Of a stretch of 64,000 nt of DNA, positions 1-9,503 are shown in pieces; the first letter of the stretch is position 1, and each line of letters starts with the position of its first letter. The stretch is taken from assembly GCA_033763795.1 (NCBI GenBank), contig JANRJV010000011.1:83840-147839 (forward strand), given 5' to 3'. The notes beneath the pieces were generated by a model, which worked only from the letters and a program-made list of their open reading frames with translations, made no database searches and was not told the origin of the DNA. The stretch comes from Planctomycetota bacterium. GTDB lineage: Bacteria; Planctomycetota; Phycisphaerae; Phycisphaerales; UBA1924. A program made the position numbers and the translations under genes.

Positions 1-93
1 GCGCGTGAGCAAGGTTTGCCGGGCGGCGGCGGTATCCGGACGTCCGCGTCGGCGTCGGCGGCGGTGAGCCACCCAGAAAAAGACTGAACGGTG

Positions 94-122
94 TCCGGGA
101 TTCGACTGGTATCAGTCCCGGA
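94..122. repeat. Inverted repeat TCCGGGA-N15-TCCCGGA upstream of the metalloprotease gene (possible operator or upstream terminator stem)
   Basis: Perfect 7-bp inverted repeat read directly in the sequence. There is no T-tract. Function unknown. Confidence 0.3.
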
Positions 123-211
123 TGTCCATATGTTGAAAGAAGTTCACGAGCCGACCCGGCCGTCGTGGCGGCGGTCCCGTGGACGTTTTCGACGCTGGGA
201 GTGATGCTCGC

Positions 212-2998
212 ATGAACCGTCTGTCGCACTCGTGGGGGGTGTTCGCGCTCATTTTGGCGGCCGGAGCGCAGGCTCAAGTTCGGCCGCAGCCGACGTCTCC
301 GCTGGCCGGTCTGGCGGAGGAGTTCCCCGGGGTGAAGGCGCAGCACATCGGCGGCGTGGTCCGCTCGGTGTACGGTCGCGGGATGACGCGGGCCGCCTCG
401 GCGATCGAGGCCTCCGCGCAGTTTCTCGACCGTCAGGCGCGGGTCTTCGGCGCGGGCGACCGCCCCGAGCTGGCGATGAGCGAGATGGTCGACCTTGGCT
501 CGGGCGGCAAGACGGTGTTCCACTACGAGCAGACGGTGGACGGCGTTCCGGTTGAGTACGGGAAGGTGCGGGTGCTGGTCCGTCATCTCGAGGACGGGTC
601 GGGCGAGGTGGTCTTCGCGAACGCGAAGCTGGCTGCGGTGCCCGAGGGCGGCTTCCGGCCCGACGTGATCGCGGCGGCGGATGCGCACAAGTCGGTCGTG
701 GCCGACGGCCGGTTCGCCGCGTTCCAGGAGTTTTCCGAGCCCTCGATGGTGATCTACGCGGGGCAGCCTCAGGAAGAGGTCGTGACCGAGGCGGTCCGGG
801 CCTGGAAGTTCGTGGGCGTGGGCGTGGGGATGGACGGCATCAAGATCCAGCACACGTTCTTCGTGGACGCTTCGAGCGGCGCGCTGGCGGGCTTCCGCGA
901 CGAGATCCTGCACGCCGACGAGCGGGGCAGCGCGGACGTCACGGGCACGCTCAAGGGCTGGGGCTCGCCCGGGCTGCTGCCCGACATCGGGATCAACCCG
1001 CCGCAGCTTCTGGATATCCCCGAGCAGCGCGTGAGCATCACGGGCGGCGGCAACGCCTTCACCAACCGCGACGGGACGTTCGTGATCCAGAACGCGCTGC
1101 CCGGGCCGCTGACGGTGACGGCCGGCGTCAACGCGGGCCGCTGGGTCGCGGTGGCGGCGAGCCAGGGAACGCTGGTGTCGGCGTCTGTGGCGGGCGCCTT
1201 CCCGCCCGGCCCCGTGAACCTCGTGCTGAACCCGACGCCCTCACAGTTCACGACGGCGCAGGTCAACGCCGCGATCCACCAGACGCTGGCGCACAACTAC
1301 TTCCGCGACCGCGCACCCAGCTTCACGGCCTTGGACTTCGTGATCCCGGCGAACGTCAACCTCACCTCGACGTGCAACGCCTTCTACGACCCGATCGAGC
1401 AGACCACGAACTTCTATAACGCGGGCGGCTCGTGCCCCAACACGGCGTTCAGCGCCGTCATCGCGCACGAGTACGGTCACCACATCGTCAACCGCCTGGG
1501 CCTGGCGCAGGGCGCCTTCGGCGAGGGCTTCTCCGACACGATCGCGATGATGCTGTACGACGATCCCCAGGTCGGGCGCTACTTCAACGTGAACACCGGC
1601 GCGCCGGTCCGGAACCCCGAGACCGCCAACCAGCAGTACCCCTGCACGGCCGGGGCGGTCCACGCGTGCGGGCAGATCCTGGGCGGCACGGTGTGGGAGA
1701 TGCGCCGCAACTTCGCGAGCGCCTACGGGGCGGCGAGCCTCGAGCTGATCCGTCAGCTCCACGTCGACTGGGCCCTCATCACCGCGGGCGGCATCGGGCT
1801 CAACTCGGCGCACCCCCAGACGGCGATCGAGTTCCTGACGGTCGACGACGTCGACGGCAACATCAACAACGGCACCCCCAACTACGCGCTGATCTGCGAC
1901 GCGTTCGCGCAGCACGGCGTCGCCTGCCCCCAGCTGGCGCTCGTGCAGATCTCCTATCCCAACGGGCAGCCCTCGATCACGGCCCCCGCGGGCGGTACGC
2001 AGATGGCGGTGTCCGTCGGCAACCTCGCCGCCTCGGCGGTCGAGGGCTCGGCCCGCATCTTCTACAGCGTGGGCGGCGGCCCCTTCCAGCAGGCGTCGCT
2101 GCAGAGCCTGGGATCGGGCCAGTACCTGGCGACCTTCCCCGGCGCTCCCTGCCCCAGCGACATCCGCTACTACGTCGCGGTCGACGTGCAGGGAGGCGGG
2201 ACCGTCACGGATCCCGCCAACGCGCCGCTGAGCTTCTATTCAGCGCTCGCCGCGACGGAGGGCGAGACCGCGATCGCCGACACCGTTGAGACCGACCTGG
2301 GCTGGTCGCTCGTCCAGCCCGGCGACAACTCGACCTCGGGCCGGTGGACCCGCGGCAATCCGATCGGCACGCAGGCGCAGCCCGAGAACGACGTCACAGC
2401 CGATCCCGGCGTCAACTGCTTCTTCACCGGTCAGGGCACCGTGGGCGGCGCGCTGGGAGAGAACGACGTCGACGGCGGGTCGACCACGCTGACCTCGCCC
2501 CCGGTCGATCTGACGGGCGCCGCCGCGGCCCGCGTCAGCTACTACCGCTGGTACTCCAACAACACGGGCGGCGAGCCCGCCGCCGACACCTTCGTCGTGC
2601 AGATCACGTCCAACGGCACCACGTGGGTCCCGCTGGAGACGGTGGGCCCGGCCGGCGCCGGCACGACGGGCGGCTGGATCCGCGCCGAGTTCAACGTGCA
2701 GGACTTCGTTCCGCTGGGCTCGGCGGTGCGGGTCCGGTTCATCGCGTCGGACCTCGCGGGCGGCTCGCTCATCGAGGCGGCGGTCGATGAGTTCCGGATC
2801 GAGGCCGTCTCGTGCGTCGCGCCCCCGGCGTGCCCGGGCGACGCCAACGGCGACCTCGTCGTCGACTTCGGCGACATCACGGTCGTGCTCGCGGCGTGGC
2901 AGACCGCCGGCCCCGTGGGCGACGTGACCAACGACGGCGCGGTCAACTTCGGCGACATCACCGAGGTGCTCAACCGCTTCGGCACGTCCTGCCCCTGA
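212..2998 (+). CDS. Secreted zinc metalloprotease (HExxH) with MAM/jelly-roll-like C-terminal region and tandem dockerin-like (Ca-binding) tail
   Basis: ORF 179..2998. I prefer the ATG at 212 because it gives MNRLSHSWGVFALILAAGAQAQ, a signal peptide. HEYGHH zinc motif at nt 1466-1483. The C-terminus has two DxNxDGxVxFGDI repeats (GDANGDLVVDFGDIT and NDGAVNFGDIT). Confidence 0.75.
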   Translation: MNRLSHSWGVFALILAAGAQAQVRPQPTSPLAGLAEEFPGVKAQHIGGVVRSVYGRGMTRAASAIEASAQFLDRQARVFGAGDRPELAMSEMVDLGSGGKTVFHYEQTVDGVPVEYGKVRVLVRHLEDGSGEVVFANAKLAAVPEGGFRPDVIAAADAHKSVVADGRFAAFQEFSEPSMVIYAGQPQEEVVTEAVRAWKFVGVGVGMDGIKIQHTFFVDASSGALAGFRDEILHADERGSADVTGTLKGWGSPGLLPDIGINPPQLLDIPEQRVSITGGGNAFTNRDGTFVIQNALPGPLTVTAGVNAGRWVAVAASQGTLVSASVAGAFPPGPVNLVLNPTPSQFTTAQVNAAIHQTLAHNYFRDRAPSFTALDFVIPANVNLTSTCNAFYDPIEQTTNFYNAGGSCPNTAFSAVIAHEYGHHIVNRLGLAQGAFGEGFSDTIAMMLYDDPQVGRYFNVNTGAPVRNPETANQQYPCTAGAVHACGQILGGTVWEMRRNFASAYGAASLELIRQLHVDWALITAGGIGLNSAHPQTAIEFLTVDDVDGNINNGTPNYALICDAFAQHGVACPQLALVQISYPNGQPSITAPAGGTQMAVSVGNLAASAVEGSARIFYSVGGGPFQQASLQSLGSGQYLATFPGAPCPSDIRYYVAVDVQGGGTVTDPANAPLSFYSALAATEGETAIADTVETDLGWSLVQPGDNSTSGRWTRGNPIGTQAQPENDVTADPGVNCFFTGQGTVGGALGENDVDGGSTTLTSPPVDLTGAAAARVSYYRWYSNNTGGEPAADTFVVQITSNGTTWVPLETVGPAGAGTTGGWIRAEFNVQDFVPLGSAVRVRFIASDLAGGSLIEAAVDEFRIEAVSCVAPPACPGDANGDLVVDFGDITVVLAAWQTAGPVGDVTNDGAVNFGDITEVLNRFGTSCP

Positions 2999-3051
2999 GT
3001 CGGGCAACGGGCCCGCTCGCGCGGGCGACATCCTGAAGTGACAGACCCATC

Positions 3052-3082
3052 GACCCGGGGACTTCGGTCCCCGGGTTTTTTC
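3052..3082. terminator. Rho-independent terminator between convergent genes
   Basis: GACCCGGGGA-cttcg-GTCCCCGGGT stem followed by a TTTTTT run, placed between the stop at 2998 (+) and the stop at 3104 (-). Confidence 0.6.
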
Positions 3083-3103
3083 ATCGGGGCGGCGCGGCGG
3101 GGG

Positions 3104-5494
3104 TCACTCCGCGTCGAGCGCGACGTCCAGCTCCAGCGTCATGGGCTGGTAGCACGCGGCATCGTCGCAGGGCTGGAACGCGATGACGAGGAGCGGCCGG
3201 CCCGTCCACGCCCCGCTCCGCCGCAGCGTCACGTCCAAGCGCAGCGTCCCCGTGTGCACGAGCAGCCGCCCCTGTTCCTCAGGGGGAAGCGCGGCGCCGG
3301 AGTATGGATCGCCCGGCGGGTAGTCGACGGAAACGTCGACGCCCGAGCCCTCGCGCACCTCGAGAGAGAGCCCGGTGAGTCCGGGCATGCCGGGCTCGTG
3401 CGCGGCGATGTGGAACCCCGGGGCGATGCGCAGCTCCAGGTTCAGCGTGCCGGGCACGGCCTCCGAGATCGTCAGCCGCTCGGCCGAGGCGAACACGACG
3501 ACCGGGCTCTCTTCGACGGTGACCGAGTCGGGCTCGTCGGGCGGCGCGATGGAGCTGACGAGGGCCGCGTCGGTCCGGAGCAGCCGCAGCAGCGCCCGCG
3601 TCGAGTTGATGCTGCCGACGGGCGAGGCGGCGACGGCGGGCGAGAGCTGGGCGAGCATGTCGCGGGCTTTCTCGAGGAAGGGCCTCTCCCCCGTCAGCTC
3701 GTAGAAGTCGATGAGAGCGTGGAGCAGCGCGGACGAGCCCGAGGGCATGGCGCCGTCGTGGGTGGAGCGTGTGCGGACGATGAGGTCCTGCTGGCCGGCG
3801 AGGGTGTCGTGGAATCGGCCGGGGACGGCGGGGTCCTCGAAGCGCTGCTGCGCCGCGGTGAGGAGCTGGCGGGCGTGCTCCAGGGCGGTTCCGAGCGGGG
3901 CGTCCAGCGCGACCTCGGCGCGCCGCAGAGCGAGGAGTCCCTCGATGAGCATGGCGTAGTCTTCGAGGAAGGCGGGTGTCTTGGCGACGCCCGCGCGGGC
4001 GGCGCGGAGGAGCCCGCCTCCCTCGCTGCGCATGGAGGCGTGGAGCGCCGACGCGGCGCGCCGGGCCGACTCGAGGAACGCGGGTTCGCGGAGGGCTTCG
4101 GCGGCGCGGGCCAGCCCCGTGATCATCAGGCCGTTCCACGCGGTGATGACCTTGTCGTCGGTGGCGGGCTGGTCGCGCCGGGCGCGGACGATGAGCAGGC
4201 GCGCCGCCAGGTCTTCCAGCTCGCGCGTGAGCTGGGCGGGCTCCTTGCCCTCGAGCCGGGCCAGCTCGTCGGGGCGTGCGCGGAGGAACAGGACGTTCGA
4301 GGGCGGGTCTTCGGGGTGGTGTGGGTCCTGGAAGTTGGGGCCCTGATCCACGCCCAGGAGCTCGGCGGCGCGGGCGCCGTCGGCGGGCCCGAGGGCCTCG
4401 TCGAGCTGCTGGCGCGTCCAGAGGTACGTGAGCCCCTCGCGGTGGTTCACGTCGGCGTCCTGCGCGGAGCTGAAGGCGCCGTCCGGGAGGGCCATCTCGC
4501 GGAGGACGTACGCCGCGGTCGAGCGGATAACGCGCTCGTCGAAGGCGTCGCGGTCCCGCGCGAAGGCGCGGGCGTAGACGCTCAGGAGCTGCGCGTTGTC
4601 GTAGAGCATCTTCTCGAAGTGGGGGACGAGCCAGCGATCGTCGACGCTGTAGCGGTGGAACCCGCCGGCGACGTGGTCGTGGATCCCGCCCAGGGCCATG
4701 GCGTCGAGCGTGGTGCGCAGGGCGCGCTGCGCGGTCGCGCGTGCGGCGGGGTCGCTCAGCGCGGGGATCGCTTCGAGGAGGAACTCCAGGTAGACGGGCT
4801 GGGGGAACTTTGGCGCCGGGCCGAAGCCGCCTCTCTGGGCGTCGTGCAGCCTCAGCAGCGAGGCGAGCGCCTGACCGACGGTGCGCTCGCTGAGCGCGAC
4901 CGGCCGGCGCGCCGAGGCAAGATGCTCGCGCACGGCGTCGGTCACCTGGGCCGCCTGGGCAAGGACGTCCTCGCGCTGCGTGTTCCACGCGGCGCTGATG
5001 TTGCGCAGCACCGCCGGGAACGCGGGCATGCCGTGGCGCGGCTGGGCGGGGAAGTAGGTGCCCGCGTAGAAGCACTCGAGGCCGGCGTCGTCGGCGGCGC
5101 GGGCGCCGGGGGGCGTCAGGAAGGCGCTCATGGGCCAGCCGCCGCGCCCGGTCATGAGCTGGAGCGCGGTCATGTAGACCTCGTCGAGGTCGGGCCGCTC
5201 CTCGCGGTCGACCTTGATGCACACGAAGAGCTCGTTCATCTCGCGGGCGATCGCCTCGCTCTGGAAGCTCTCGCGCTCCATGACGTGGCACCAGTGGCAG
5301 GTTGAGTAGCCCACGGAGAGGAAGATGGGGACTCCCCGCGTGCGGGCCTCCTCGTGGGCCTCGCGGTTCCAGGGCCGCCAGTCGACGGGGTTGGTGGCGT
5401 GCTGGAGGAGGTAGGGGCTGGATTCGCCCGCCAGCCGGTTGGTCCGCGGGGAGGACGCGGCGGAGGCGGATTTCGGGGCGGGAGGGGCCGACAT
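3104..5494 (-). CDS. Thioredoxin-domain protein of the DUF255/YyaL family (N-acylglucosamine-epimerase-like body) with an extra C-terminal DsbD-alpha-like domain
   Basis: N-terminus NRLAGESSPYLLQHATNPVDWRPW...FLSVGYSTCHWCHVMERESF is the classic DUF255 thioredoxin-like signature. A long alpha-helical middle region follows. The last ~125 aa end in QPCDDAACYQP. Confidence 0.85.
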   Translation of the reverse strand: MSAPPAPKSASAASSPRTNRLAGESSPYLLQHATNPVDWRPWNREAHEEARTRGVPIFLSVGYSTCHWCHVMERESFQSEAIAREMNELFVCIKVDREERPDLDEVYMTALQLMTGRGGWPMSAFLTPPGARAADDAGLECFYAGTYFPAQPRHGMPAFPAVLRNISAAWNTQREDVLAQAAQVTDAVREHLASARRPVALSERTVGQALASLLRLHDAQRGGFGPAPKFPQPVYLEFLLEAIPALSDPAARATAQRALRTTLDAMALGGIHDHVAGGFHRYSVDDRWLVPHFEKMLYDNAQLLSVYARAFARDRDAFDERVIRSTAAYVLREMALPDGAFSSAQDADVNHREGLTYLWTRQQLDEALGPADGARAAELLGVDQGPNFQDPHHPEDPPSNVLFLRARPDELARLEGKEPAQLTRELEDLAARLLIVRARRDQPATDDKVITAWNGLMITGLARAAEALREPAFLESARRAASALHASMRSEGGGLLRAARAGVAKTPAFLEDYAMLIEGLLALRRAEVALDAPLGTALEHARQLLTAAQQRFEDPAVPGRFHDTLAGQQDLIVRTRSTHDGAMPSGSSALLHALIDFYELTGERPFLEKARDMLAQLSPAVAASPVGSINSTRALLRLLRTDAALVSSIAPPDEPDSVTVEESPVVVFASAERLTISEAVPGTLNLELRIAPGFHIAAHEPGMPGLTGLSLEVREGSGVDVSVDYPPGDPYSGAALPPEEQGRLLVHTGTLRLDVTLRRSGAWTGRPLLVIAFQPCDDAACYQPMTLELDVALDAE

Positions 5495-5653
5495 GTTGCC
5501 ACTTTAGACCCGCGGGCGGCCCGCCCATCCGAACAAAGGGCGATCGGCGGGCCGGATTTCCTTGAACATGTCAGATTCGGGTGCTATCCTCTCCGCCCCT
5601 GATCAAAGGCCGACGAAGGCCGGCGACGGGCCGATTCAGCGGAGCCGACGACC

Positions 5654-5938
5654 ATGCCTGCGACCTGCATCTTCACCGGCAAGAAGACCACCTTCGGCAA
5701 CCGCATTACCCGCAGCGGCGCCGCGATCAAGACCGGCGGCTTCGGTCTGAAGACCTCGGGCATCGCGCGTCGGAAGTTCAAGCCCAATCTTCACAAGATG
5801 ACGATCCTCCTCGACGGCAAGCCCGTCCGGGCCACCGTCTCCGCCAAGGCGATCAAGACGGGCCTGGTCGTGAAGCCCCTCAAGAGGAAGTACGGCTACA
5901 CCCGCCAGCAGAAGCTCGCGGGCAACGCCGCTCACTGA
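5654..5938 (+). CDS. rpmB: 50S ribosomal protein L28
   Basis: 94 aa. MPATCIFTGKKTTFGNRITRSGAAIKTGG...KFKPNLHK matches the L28 pattern (C-x-x-x-G-K...N.vSHs/a..t.R.f.PNl). Confidence 0.85.
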   Translation: MPATCIFTGKKTTFGNRITRSGAAIKTGGFGLKTSGIARRKFKPNLHKMTILLDGKPVRATVSAKAIKTGLVVKPLKRKYGYTRQQKLAGNAAH

Positions 5939-7140
5939 TCGTCCGCGGCCTCGGGCCCGTAGGCCTCGATCAATCGCTGCTCGACCGCGCGGACGGCGTC
6001 CGTCACGCGGGGCGTTCCGCTGTTCACGGCGATCACCACACCCAGGTTCCACTCCGGGATGAGCGTCACCGTCGCGTAGAAGGTGCCGGCGCTGCCCGAG
6101 TGGGTCTGGAAGGCGACGCCGTCGCGCTCCCCCGCGGCCCAGCCCATGGCGTAGCTCCGCTCGCCGAGGGGCGTGTGGAGCTTCGTGAAACTCTGGGCGG
6201 AGATGGTGAGTCCGCGGGGCGAGGCGCCGGTGCGCATGCCGCGGAGATGCAGGATGCCGAAGCGGGCCCAGTCGTCGATGCTGGCGTGGACATCTCCCGC
6301 GGGAGCGAGGGCAGCCTGCAGGCGATACTGGGCGTTGAGCGCCATGGGGCTGGGGGCGTCGGGGGCGCCCCAGTGGCCGCGCGGGCGGTCGGGCTGCTCG
6401 TCGGTGGCGGGCCAGCCGAAGCCGGCGGTGGTCATCGCCAGCGGGGCGAAGAGGCGCTCGCGCATGAGCATGCGCCACGGGGCCTTGGCGGCGCGTTCCA
6501 TCATGGCGGCGGCCAGGCCATAGCCGCCGTTGGAGTAGAGGAATGACGAGCCCGGCTCGTGGACCGGCGGGTCCGATGTGACGAGCCTGACGAACGCGGC
6601 GGTCTGGTCCTCGAGCGAATTATCCAGCGAACGCAGCTTCACCGACTCGGGCGCGGCTCCGCTCGTGAACGCGGGCACGCCCGCGCGGTGCGTCAGCAGC
6701 TGCTCGAGCGTGACGCCCGCGTAGCTCCCCTGCATCGACGGCGCGATGTCGGGGAAGACCTCGCCCAACGTCGAGTCCCAGCGGATCACTCCTTCGTCGA
6801 CGAGCGCGGCGGCGAGCGTGGCGGTCATCGCCTTGGTGCACGAGCCCAGGTGGAAGGGGTCGGTGATCTCGACCGCCGCTTCCTGGCCCCGGACACGTGT
6901 GCCGGCCGCCTCGGAAGCGACGATGCCCTCATCGGTGAAGACCGCGGCGGCGATGCCCGGCACCGCCGGAGCCTTGAGCGCCTCGAGCAGCGCCTCGCGG
7001 AGAGCCTGAGGCCTGAGGGCGACTGCGGCCGCCCCCGTCTGGGCAGGCTGGGCCGGCTCATCGGGCCTTGCGAAGCAGTGGGGGGCGGGGATCGTCGCGA
7101 GCCCGAGGGCGGCGACGACGGCAAAGACGCGATGCGTCAT
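5932..7140 (-). CDS. Serine hydrolase, beta-lactamase/PBP4* family (class C-like)
   Basis: Signal peptide MTHRVFAVVAALGLATIPAPHCFA. SxxK motif in HLGSCTKAMT and YxN motif in LYSNGGYGL. Confidence 0.8.
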   Translation of the reverse strand: MTHRVFAVVAALGLATIPAPHCFARPDEPAQPAQTGAAAVALRPQALREALLEALKAPAVPGIAAAVFTDEGIVASEAAGTRVRGQEAAVEITDPFHLGSCTKAMTATLAAALVDEGVIRWDSTLGEVFPDIAPSMQGSYAGVTLEQLLTHRAGVPAFTSGAAPESVKLRSLDNSLEDQTAAFVRLVTSDPPVHEPGSSFLYSNGGYGLAAAMMERAAKAPWRMLMRERLFAPLAMTTAGFGWPATDEQPDRPRGHWGAPDAPSPMALNAQYRLQAALAPAGDVHASIDDWARFGILHLRGMRTGASPRGLTISAQSFTKLHTPLGERSYAMGWAAGERDGVAFQTHSGSAGTFYATVTLIPEWNLGVVIAVNSGTPRVTDAVRAVEQRLIEAYGPEAADDQ

Positions 7141-7143
7141 GTG

Positions 7144-8067
7144 TCAGTCCTGGAGGCGGGCGACGTGCAGCCGACGGATGTTTTCGGTGCGGACCTCGAG
7201 GTTCTCGCCGGGCGAGGTCTGGACGGCCCACGTGGTGGTCGCGAGGATCTGGCCCATGATGCGGCTCTGCAGATCCCAGACCGCTTCGCCCGTGACCGCC
7301 AGGCTGTCGAGCTTCGCGCTGACGGGGTCGCCCGAGCGCTGCGGCTGGAGGGTCGCGGTGCCCGAGAGCTCGACGCGGGCGATCTGGCCCGGCTGGATCT
7401 CGCGGACGACGAACTCCGTCGAGATGTTCATGGGCTGGTCCACGCCGAAGAGCACGGGGCTCTCGGACGGGATCGACCAGCGCGTGCCCACGGCGGCGGC
7501 GGTCTCGGCGGTTCCCATCGAGACGACGGGCAGCAGGCGCGGGCCGATCCACTCGGGCATGAAGAACTGGCGACCGATGCCGGCGAAGTCGACGTCGGGG
7601 ATGAGCGACTGATCGGGCGTCCTGACCTCGCGGAGGCGGCCGCTCGTATCGAGGCTCACGCGGATCGGCTTGTTGAGCAGGGGCAGGAGGACCGGGGCGA
7701 GCTCGTTGCCGGCGGCTTCATCGGCCGGAGCGCCGGTGTCGAACGCGGGGTTGCGCTTGGCGGTCGGGTGCTGCGAGACGAACTTCACGCGGTCGAAGGT
7801 CACTTCATAAACCGGTCCCTCGGGCTCGGCGGGGAGCGACTTCACGCGCATCAGGACGTCCGACTGCATCACGTGCAGCTGCGAGCCGCCGGGCAGGCTC
7901 TTGGACATCGTGCGGATCTCCAGGCGCTCGGAGAGGCCGAAGCGGTAGCTGGAGCCCTCCTTGGGCCCGGGAGAGAGGTCGGCGTTCTGCGCGAAGACGG
8001 TCGCGGCTGCGAAGGAAACCAGCGCGAAGGCGGCGGCGAGAGCGGGGCGGCGAAGAGCCATGGTCAT
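7144..8067 (-). CDS. Secreted hypothetical protein
   Basis: Signal peptide [27 protein letters not shown]. High third-position GC in this frame. No recognisable catalytic motif. Confidence 0.6.
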   Translation of the reverse strand: MTMALRRPALAAAFALVSFAAATVFAQNADLSPGPKEGSSYRFGLSERLEIRTMSKSLPGGSQLHVMQSDVLMRVKSLPAEPEGPVYEVTFDRVKFVSQHPTAKRNPAFDTGAPADEAAGNELAPVLLPLLNKPIRVSLDTSGRLREVRTPDQSLIPDVDFAGIGRQFFMPEWIGPRLLPVVSMGTAETAAAVGTRWSIPSESPVLFGVDQPMNISTEFVVREIQPGQIARVELSGTATLQPQRSGDPVSAKLDSLAVTGEAVWDLQSRIMGQILATTTWAVQTSPGENLEVRTENIRRLHVARLQD

Positions 8068-8094
8068 GAACTCCCTTGGGCGGCCGCCGAACTC

Positions 8095-9318
8095 TCAGGC
8101 GGCTCGGGCGGCGGCCACGGCTTCAACGATCTTCCGTGCGGCGTCCCCCAGATCATCGGCCGGTTGCATCGACGGGATCTCGGACCTCGCCGCCGCCAGG
8201 ATCTTTTTCCCGGCGTCCACATTCGTACCTTCCAGGCGGACCACCAGTGGCACCCTGAAGCCCACTTCCTTCGCGGCGTTCACCACCGCCTGCGCGATCA
8301 CGTCGCAGCGCATGATCCCGCCGAAGATGTTCACCAGCACGCCCTTGACGGCGTGGTCGGCGAGGATGATCCGGAACGCCTCGGTGACGGCCTCTTCCGA
8401 GGCGCCCCCGCCCACGTCGAGGAAGTTGGCCGGCTCGCCCCCGTGGTGCTTGATGATGTCCATCGTCGCCATCGCCAGGCCCGCGCCGTTGACGAGGCAC
8501 CCGATGTTGCCCGCCAGCGCGATGTACGTCAGGCCCGAGCGCGACGCGCGCAGCTCGGCCTGGTTCTCCTCCGCCGGGTCGAAGAGGGCCGACAGGTCCT
8601 TGTGCCGGAACAGCGCGTTGTCGTCGAAGTTGAACTTGGCGTCGATCGCCAGCACGCGTCCCTCGGGCTCGGCGGGGGTGGAGGGCGTGACGATCAGCGG
8701 GTTGATCTCGGCGAGCGAGCAGTCCTTGTCGGTGTAGAGCTTGGCCAGGGCGAGCATGATCTTCGTCGCCTGGTTTACCTGCGAGCCGTGGAAGCCCAGC
8801 CGGTACGCGACGTTGCGCGCCTGGAAGGGCTGGAGCCCCATCAGCGGATGGATGGGCTCCTTGACGATCGCCGAGGGGTCGCGGCGGGCCACTTCCTCGA
8901 TCTCGACGCCGCCCTCGGACGAGGCGATGAGGACGTTGCGGCGCGTGGCGCGGTCGGTGGTGATCGCCAGGTAGTACTCCTTGGCGATATCGACGCCCGC
9001 GGCGATGAGCAGCTTCTTGACCTCGAGGCCCTCGGGCCCGGTCTGCGGCGAGTGCATGCGGTGGGTGAGCATGAAGCGGGCGGCCTCGGTCGCCTCCTCG
9101 GGCGATCGGACGAGCTTCACGAACCCGGCCTTGCCGCGGCCGCCGGCGTGCACCTGCGCCTTGACGACCGCCAGCCCGTGATCGCCCAGCCCGGCTTCGG
9201 CGACGACGCGCTTGTAGGCCGACGCGGCGTGATCGACGAACTGGATGACGGTGCCCGCGGGCACGGGGATACCGGCGTCGGCCAGAAGCTGCCGCGCCTG
9301 GTGCTCATGGATCTTCAT
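8095..9318 (-). CDS. sucC: Succinate--CoA ligase (ADP-forming) beta subunit
   Basis: [57 protein letters not shown] are typical SucC ATP-grasp and CoA-ligase motifs. I prefer the ATG at 9318 over the TTG at 9324 used by the track. Confidence 0.9.
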   Translation of the reverse strand: MKIHEHQARQLLADAGIPVPAGTVIQFVDHAASAYKRVVAEAGLGDHGLAVVKAQVHAGGRGKAGFVKLVRSPEEATEAARFMLTHRMHSPQTGPEGLEVKKLLIAAGVDIAKEYYLAITTDRATRRNVLIASSEGGVEIEEVARRDPSAIVKEPIHPLMGLQPFQARNVAYRLGFHGSQVNQATKIMLALAKLYTDKDCSLAEINPLIVTPSTPAEPEGRVLAIDAKFNFDDNALFRHKDLSALFDPAEENQAELRASRSGLTYIALAGNIGCLVNGAGLAMATMDIIKHHGGEPANFLDVGGGASEEAVTEAFRIILADHAVKGVLVNIFGGIMRCDVIAQAVVNAAKEVGFRVPLVVRLEGTNVDAGKKILAAARSEIPSMQPADDLGDAARKIVEAVAAARAA

Positions 9319-9362
9319 CGCCAAGTGGCTCCGGCGGGTGCGTCAGCGAGCACGCGACGTCT

Positions 9363-9503
9363 TTATTTGTCCGCGGTGTTCAGCGTGCGACCGGCGCGGC
9401 GGCGGCGATTGATGAGCTTGCGCCCGCTGCGCGTCTTCATCCGGGCACGGAACCCGATGGAGCGCTTCCGCTTGATCCGGCTGGTCTTGTGGGGGTAATG
9501 CAT
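9363..9503 (-). CDS. rpmH: 50S ribosomal protein L34
   Basis: MHYPHKTSRIKRKRSIGFRARMKTRSGRKLINRRRRAGR matches the L34 consensus (..RKRkr.hGFRaRM.t..GRkvl.rRR.kGR). The track ORF 9363..9581 carries a spurious 5' extension. Confidence 0.9.
   Translation of the reverse strand: MHYPHKTSRIKRKRSIGFRARMKTRSGRKLINRRRRAGRTLNTADK

Noticed and set aside
3038-5305. 755-aa plus-strand ORF
   Set aside because: It is antisense to the well-supported DUF255 thioredoxin-domain gene. Its composition is Arg/Gly/Ala-rich junk.
6559-9498. 979-aa plus-strand ORF spanning the region of four minus-strand genes
   Set aside because: The translation is Arg/Gly/Asp/Leu-rich with no motifs. It runs antisense to clearly recognisable genes (beta-lactamase-family hydrolase, sucC, rpmH). 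This is a typical long shadow ORF of a high-GC genome.
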